Shown here: piece by piece, positions 28,555-32,000 of the stretch
How the letters are laid out: the number at the start of each line of letters is the position of its first letter
Numbering within the stretch: the stretch's first letter is position 1
Assembly (NCBI RefSeq): GCF_000011325.1
Contig: NC_003450.3
Location: 600,001-632,000, forward strand
DNA from: Corynebacterium glutamicum ATCC 13032
Lineage (GTDB): Bacteria > Actinomycetota > Actinomycetes > Mycobacteriales > Mycobacteriaceae
Length of the DNA stretch: 32,000 bases
Reading direction: 5' to 3'
Notes under the pieces: model-generated
Databases searched by the model: none
What the model was told of the DNA's origin: nothing
What the model saw: only the letters and a program-made list of their open reading frames with translations
Position numbers and translations under genes: made by a program

Positions 28555-30143
28555 CGCGGGTGATGGCATTGTGGTTTCCGGATTGGCCTGTGCAGGCGGT
28601 TCATTTGGATGAAGATGCTCCCGCGCACAATAAACCTGTGGCGATTGCTGCGCATTACCGCATCCAGGTGTGTGGCGTGGCTGCGCGCAAGCGTGGGGTG
28701 CGTCGTGGGATGAAGGTTCGGCAGGCGCAGGCTGTGTGCCCTGAGCTGGAGGTTGTTGACGCGGATGCAGATCGTGATGCCCGGATGTTTGAGGGCATCG
28801 TGGCATCGCTCGGTGAGGTTGCCTCCAGCGTCGAGGTGCTTCGTCCGGGTCTGGTCGCGGTCGATGCGGGAGCTGCCGCGCGCTATTACGGTTCAGAGGA
28901 CATCGCTGCTCAGATGCTTATCGACGCCGCCCTGCGCCAAGGCATCGACGTTTTCGCCGGGGTTGCGGATGAGATCACGACGGCCGTCATCGCGGCGAGG
29001 GCGAATGGTGGGACTGTGGTGAAGAGGGAGGCGTCGAGAAGCTTTTTACAGCAGCAACCCCTGGGCGTGCTGGCGGCCGAGGAAGCGCTGGGTTGTGAGG
29101 CGGAGGTGGTGCGCGCGCTGGCGGATCTGGGCATGCGCACGCTTGGTGAGCTGGCGGAACTGCCGGTAGAAGCCGTGGCGACGCGTTTCGGCAACGCTGG
29201 TCTGCGGTGTCACAACATTGCGCGTGCCAGGCACGATCGTAAGGTCGCGCCACCGATCACGCATGCAGATTGGGAGGTTTCGCATGTGCCGGAGGAGCCT
29301 ATTTTGCGTGTCGACGCCGCCTCGTTTGTTGCGCGCAACCTTGCCTCGCGCCTGCATCAACTGCTGAGCAAAGGTGGCGTGGTGTGCCAATTGCTCAAGG
29401 TCACAGCCGATTTCAGTACTGGTGATACGGTGAGCAGAATTTGGCGTACCGGTGAACCTTTAACGGAACAGGCAACTGCGGATCGGGTGCGTTGGCAGTT
29501 GGATGGGTGGTTGACTGCGCGCGGTGTGCATTCCGATGATCCGAATGAGCACGATGGGATTACGGCGTTGTGGCTTATTCCTTTGGAATGTGTGCCACCG
29601 GATATGGCCAGCGGCGGATTGTGGGATACCGGGCGCAGCCAGCAGCATGTGGCCAGACAAGTCATTGAGCGTGTGCAATCAAGCTTGGGCGTGGATGCGG
29701 TGCTGCAGCCTGTTCCGGCTGGTGGTCGGGGAGTAGAAGAACGCATTCATTTTGTTCCCTATGGTGAAAAACGTGATGCTATCCGCAATCCAGCGGGGTC
29801 GTGGCCAGGGAAAATACCAGGTCCGCTGCCTGCTCGGTTGGGCGGTGGGATCAACCACCCGGCCTCGCAAGTGACCATGATTGATACAGAAGGGCAGCGT
29901 ATTTACGTCACCGCAGAGGCATTGCTCAGCTCGTCGCCGTATGCCTTGTCCTGGGGGCCGGCCCGCTATTTGATCACTGGCTGGGCTGGGCCATGGCCGG
30001 TGGATGATCGATGGTGGGAGAAAAACGGCACAAAATATGCCCGCCTCCAAGTGGTGGGACGGGCAGTATCTGAAGAAAGGCAGCTCAGTGCGTGGCTGTT
30101 GATGTGGAAAGACAACAAGTGGCGGATTGAGGCCACATATTAG
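28551..30143 (+). CDS. imuB: ImuB, Y-family-polymerase-like protein lacking catalytic carboxylates
   Basis: 530 aa. The N-terminus 'MALWFPDWPVQAV' occupies the place of the DinB 'DMDAFFAS' catalytic motif. The Y-family palm and little-finger layout is followed by a long C-terminal extension. Confidence 0.85.
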   Translation: MTRVMALWFPDWPVQAVHLDEDAPAHNKPVAIAAHYRIQVCGVAARKRGVRRGMKVRQAQAVCPELEVVDADADRDARMFEGIVASLGEVASSVEVLRPGLVAVDAGAAARYYGSEDIAAQMLIDAALRQGIDVFAGVADEITTAVIAARANGGTVVKREASRSFLQQQPLGVLAAEEALGCEAEVVRALADLGMRTLGELAELPVEAVATRFGNAGLRCHNIARARHDRKVAPPITHADWEVSHVPEEPILRVDAASFVARNLASRLHQLLSKGGVVCQLLKVTADFSTGDTVSRIWRTGEPLTEQATADRVRWQLDGWLTARGVHSDDPNEHDGITALWLIPLECVPPDMASGGLWDTGRSQQHVARQVIERVQSSLGVDAVLQPVPAGGRGVEERIHFVPYGEKRDAIRNPAGSWPGKIPGPLPARLGGGINHPASQVTMIDTEGQRIYVTAEALLSSSPYALSWGPARYLITGWAGPWPVDDRWWEKNGTKYARLQVVGRAVSEERQLSAWLLMWKDNKWRIEATY

Positions 30144-30147
30144 GAAA

Positions 30148-30810
30148 CTACTGCGCTAAAACATCCACAACGAGACGGTGCGGATCCTGCAACTCAGTGA
30201 CCGAGTAGCGGTGCTTGCCGTTGAGGCCGATGACGAACTGGGAGCGTCCCTCAAAAGTACCTGCGCTGACGACCTGGGTGACAATGCTGCCGGAGCCATC
30301 CACGGTGCCGATCTCTGGATCCTCAAGGCCCAAATCGAAAGGATAAACAGTACCGTCAATATTTACGTTCAGCGCTGTATCGCCCGTGAAGTTGATGGTG
30401 TTTCCGCTGCCCTGCTGGGTGGGATTGGAGGTGTAATCAATGAACCAACCAGGAGTTCCGGTGCCAGTGAGATCAAATACCACGCGGTCAAAGCCACTGT
30501 GAGAGCCAATCCGAACATCGGTGACCATGAGCTGTGCAGGCGCATCAGGTCGGAGAGTCTTCATTGCTACATCGGCTTCGCCCAATGCGGTTGGGCCGGT
30601 GGAAGCTTCGTTGGACAACTGTGCGCCATCCGCAGTTGCGGACATAGTTTGGGTTACAGAAGAAGCATCGTTGGTGGTGGAATTGGAGGTTCCACAACCC
30701 GCAAGAGTCAACGCGCTAGCGCCGACAATCGCTAGAGTCTTCAGGCGGGCACGATGCTTTGAATGAGAAGTTGGCTGCACAATCATGCACACACCGTAAC
30801 CCTGGGTCAC
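30148..30810 (-). CDS. lipoprotein with an AMIN-like beta-sandwich domain
   Basis: 220-aa ORF with a GTG start at 30810 or an ATG at 30786. The lipobox is 'ASALTLAGC'. The C-terminal domain has 'GFDRVVFDLTGTGTPGW...' and ends in 'HRLVVDV'. It lies only 4 bp from the imuB stop in a convergent arrangement. Confidence 0.7.
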   Translation of the reverse strand: MTQGYGVCMIVQPTSHSKHRARLKTLAIVGASALTLAGCGTSNSTTNDASSVTQTMSATADGAQLSNEASTGPTALGEADVAMKTLRPDAPAQLMVTDVRIGSHSGFDRVVFDLTGTGTPGWFIDYTSNPTQQGSGNTINFTGDTALNVNIDGTVYPFDLGLEDPEIGTVDGSGSIVTQVVSAGTFEGRSQFVIGLNGKHRYSVTELQDPHRLVVDVLAQ

Positions 30811-30948
30811 CCCCGAAACCTAAGCAAGACGCCCAATTTCGCTCAATCGTGAACGAATTGTTGTAATTCGTCTTAAAAACGCCAGGAGACGTGAAAATTA
30901 CAGACACCCCAGACATCAGATGGAGGCGGCGATACTAGGGTAGAGGAC

Positions 30949-31812
30949 ATGACTCTTCGCTGTTCTGACGTCAATGTTGAACCCCTGCCGGGAACGGCAA
31001 AAACAGGTTCTGGGTTTGTTCTCCTTGAACATGCTGGCTCGTGGAGCCGTGATGTTTTAGACGGCGGAACATTTGATCCTGAGTTGACTGATCAATTGAA
31101 GAGGCACCTGAAAGCTTCCGGAATGGGTCTGCAATTAATTAGGAAGCCGGGAAGGGAGGGTCGAAACGTCGAAAAGCATAATCTTTTTCTCGTTTTTGCT
31201 GAGGCCTCAATTATTGAGCACCTGGTGGTGGACGCGCCGGCTGATGTTTTGGATCTTGATTTAAGCGGGCCGGGCAAAAACAATGCGCAGCGCATGGATG
31301 ATCCGATGCTGCTGATTTGTACGCATTCGAAGCGCGATGTGTGCTGCGCGATCAAGGGGCGTCCGCTGGCAGCTGCCGTGGAGCCACAATTTGGGCCGCT
31401 GCATGTGTGGGAGGCTTCGCACACCAAGGGCCACCGTTTTGCGCCATCGATGCTGCTCATGCCGTGGAATTACTCTTATGGCCTACTTGATGAGGCCGAA
31501 ACCGTGCAGCTTTTCCAAGGCGCGTTGGACAACAAACTCTTCCTGCCGGGCAACCGTGGCCGAGGAACCTTAGATGCTCGTGGCCAGGTTGCAGAAATTG
31601 CCGTGGCGGAAGCTTTCGGCGAGGCGGTTGCTCCTGCGAGTTTGCAGGTTGAATTCGAAGATGATTCTGTTTTGGTTACTCATCCCGATGGGCGCACGTG
31701 GGTTGTGGAGCTTGAACGCATCGAGGTCGACGGCGTGGTGTCCTCGTGTGGTGATCAGCCGAAAACTGGAAAAGCGTGGGTGGCTAGGCAAGTTACAGAA
31801 CTGATCGGATAA
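30949..31812 (+). CDS. sucrase/ferredoxin-like (thioredoxin-like [2Fe-2S]) family protein
   Basis: 287 aa with the family motifs 'LLICTHSKRDVCCA' and 'ASHTKGHRFAP'. Confidence 0.8.
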   Translation: MTLRCSDVNVEPLPGTAKTGSGFVLLEHAGSWSRDVLDGGTFDPELTDQLKRHLKASGMGLQLIRKPGREGRNVEKHNLFLVFAEASIIEHLVVDAPADVLDLDLSGPGKNNAQRMDDPMLLICTHSKRDVCCAIKGRPLAAAVEPQFGPLHVWEASHTKGHRFAPSMLLMPWNYSYGLLDEAETVQLFQGALDNKLFLPGNRGRGTLDARGQVAEIAVAEAFGEAVAPASLQVEFEDDSVLVTHPDGRTWVVELERIEVDGVVSSCGDQPKTGKAWVARQVTELIG

Positions 31813-31820
31813 AAGCAGAG

Positions 31821-32000
31821 TTATATCTGATGAATTGCTATTAGCAGTATCGTTATCACAGCACCAACAAAGTAGTTCAGCCACAGGAAAACTTTCCAAC
31901 TGCGATTAGCCTGTTCACAACTGGCATCTGTAATGTTCCAAAATCGTGCGGCATTAAATACGTAAGTTAGAATCGCAATCCCGATGATCCACGCCGGATT
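31821..32000 (-). CDS. 3' end of a membrane-protein gene that runs off the right edge (partial)
   Basis: The reverse frame is open from 32000 to the TAA at 31823-31821. It encodes '...NPAWIIGIAILTYVFNAARFWNITDASCEQANRSWKVFLWLNYFVGAVITILLIAIHQI*', which has two hydrophobic helices. It is absent from the ORF track because no start codon lies inside the window. Confidence 0.4.
   Translation of the reverse strand, partial: NPAWIIGIAILTYVFNAARFWNITDASCEQANRSWKVFLWLNYFVGAVITILLIAIHQI

Overview
The window is a GC-moderate actinobacterial chromosome segment. Gene order and protein sequences look like Corynebacterium (C. glutamicum-type). It is syntenic with the M. tuberculosis alr...groES-groEL1-whiB3-sigD-guaB2-guaB3...guaA-imuA'-imuB region. 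Nearly all of it is conserved core genome. In order, the genes are: a cutinase-like alpha/beta-fold protein, alr, tsaE, a YidE/AAE-family transporter, prolyl aminopeptidase, tsaB-rimI-tsaD, bifunctional nnr, a small hypothetical, groES-groEL1 behind tandem CIRCE operators, whiB3 (-), sigD-rsdA, an Rv3412-like gene (-), guaB, a guaB3-like gene, an EamA transporter (-) divergent from a LysR regulator, guaA, and an acidic hypothetical. These are followed by a PspC-based signalling module of four genes: a PspC/LiaF-like membrane protein (-), a PspC-histidine kinase, a NarL-type regulator and a 2-TM protein. The window ends with a lipoprotein plus 4-TM protein operon (-), imuA'-imuB behind an SOS box, a second lipoprotein (-), a sucrase/ferredoxin-like protein and a partial membrane-protein gene at the right edge. 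I saw no rRNA, tRNA, CRISPR array, transposase, integrase or recognisable defence system. The most interesting items are the uncharacterised PspC-centred module (22457-26003), a 140-bp array of a 20-nt palindromic repeat between convergent genes (22290-22429), and an alpha/beta-hydrolase homologue that appears to have lost all three catalytic-triad residues (19-876). Two further items are an SOS box inside the longest imuA' ORF, which argues for a later start codon, and a SigD-type promoter inside sigD positioned to drive rsdA.
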